Origin: Anaeromyxobacteraceae bacterium
Lineage (GTDB): Bacteria > Myxococcota > Myxococcia > Myxococcales > Anaeromyxobacteraceae
DNA: 64,000 nt
Direction of reading: 5' to 3'
Assembly: GCA_047602405.1 (NCBI GenBank)
Contig: JASGHJ010000002.1
Span: 3,232,001-3,296,000 of the forward strand
Part shown: positions 63,275-64,000 of the stretch, in pieces
Layout: each line of letters opens with the position of its first letter
Numbering within the stretch: the stretch's first letter is position 1
The notes under the pieces: generated by a model
Seen by the model: only the letters and a program-made list of their open reading frames with translations
Databases searched by the model: none
What the model was told of the DNA's origin: nothing
Translations under genes and position numbers: made by a program

Positions 63275-64000
63275 GTGGCCGCCCCCGACCCGCTCGATCG
63301 ACGCCTCCTCGTCGTGACCGGCAAGGGCGGCGTGGGGAAGTCCACGGTGGCGGCCGCCCTCGCGCTCCGGGCCGCCCGCGCGGGGAAGAAGGTCCTCGTG
63401 TGCGAGGCCGACGCGCAGGAGCGGATCGCCCCGCTCCTCGGCGCGCGCCCCTCCGGGCCGATCGCCCGCGAGGTCCGGCCGGGGCTCCACACCGTGAACG
63501 TGCAGCCGCCCGCCGCGATGCGCGAGTACGGCGTGATGGTCCTGCGCTTCAGGGCGATCTACGACGCCGTCTTCGAGAACCGGGTGATGCGCTACTTCCT
63601 GCGCGCCGTCCCCGGCCTCGCCGAGCTCGTCATCCTCGGCAAGGTGCTCTACGAGGCGAAGGTCCGCGACCGCACGCCGCGAGGCGAAGCGGCGAAGCTC
63701 CGCTGGGACCTCGTCATCCTGGACGCCCCGGCGACCGGCCACGCGGTCCAGCTCCTGCGCGTGCCGCAGGCCCTGCTCGCGACGGTCCCCGCCGGGCCGC
63801 TCCACTCGGACGCGCAGTGGATGCGGGCGATGCTGACCGACCCCGCCCACACCGGCATCGTGGTGGTCACGCTCCCCGAGGAGATGCCGGTCAACGAGGC
63901 GATCGACCTCGACCACGAGCTCGCCGCGCTCGAGCTCCCGCGCGCGGCGCTCGTGGTGAACGCCATGCCCGCCACCCGCTTCACACCCGCCGAGCGCGAG
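63275..64000 (+). CDS. ArsA/Get3-family ATPase (runs off the window; absent from the ORF track)
   Basis: Manual translation: LLVVTGKGGVGKSTVAAALA, PGLAELVILGK, VILDAPATGH, VTLPEEMPVNE, VVN. Confidence 0.92.
   Translation, partial: MAAPDPLDRRLLVVTGKGGVGKSTVAAALALRAARAGKKVLVCEADAQERIAPLLGARPSGPIAREVRPGLHTVNVQPPAAMREYGVMVLRFRAIYDAVFENRVMRYFLRAVPGLAELVILGKVLYEAKVRDRTPRGEAAKLRWDLVILDAPATGHAVQLLRVPQALLATVPAGPLHSDAQWMRAMLTDPAHTGIVVVTLPEEMPVNEAIDLDHELAALELPRAALVVNAMPATRFTPAERE

Overview
Very GC-rich bacterial DNA. Gene content and order (kdpDE, ECF42-DGPF, lpxC, ruvCAB, kup, archease-rtcB, cydAB, zinc-ribbon/DUF3426, phaR-parA-ArsA) suggest Myxococcota, Anaeromyxobacter-like; this is inference. About 55 CDSs are supported, mostly housekeeping, envelope, transport and signalling genes. 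No rRNA, tRNA or CRISPR array was found. Main observations: (1) an ~810-bp colinear imperfect palindrome at 61132-61939, with a tandemly triplicated left end and microsatellites at its centre, lying between phaR and parA; (2) a ~50-bp REP-like hairpin family in three copies with a covarying inner stem, one copy lying in frame inside a membrane glycosyltransferase gene; (3) a RAYT/Y1 HUH transposase flanked by C-rich/G-rich inverted repeats; (4) an operon of non-RD Ser/Thr kinase, output-less c-heme/HAMP sensor and class III cyclase with atypical specificity residues; (5) a PhaR, ParA, phasin-like and ArsA/Get3 cluster that may position storage granules; (6) seven of eight apparent frameshifts are one-base insertions turning GATC into GATTC or GAATC, most likely a sequencing artefact of DNA modification at GATC rather than real pseudogenes. 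Family assignments are from motif recognition only; no searches were run.
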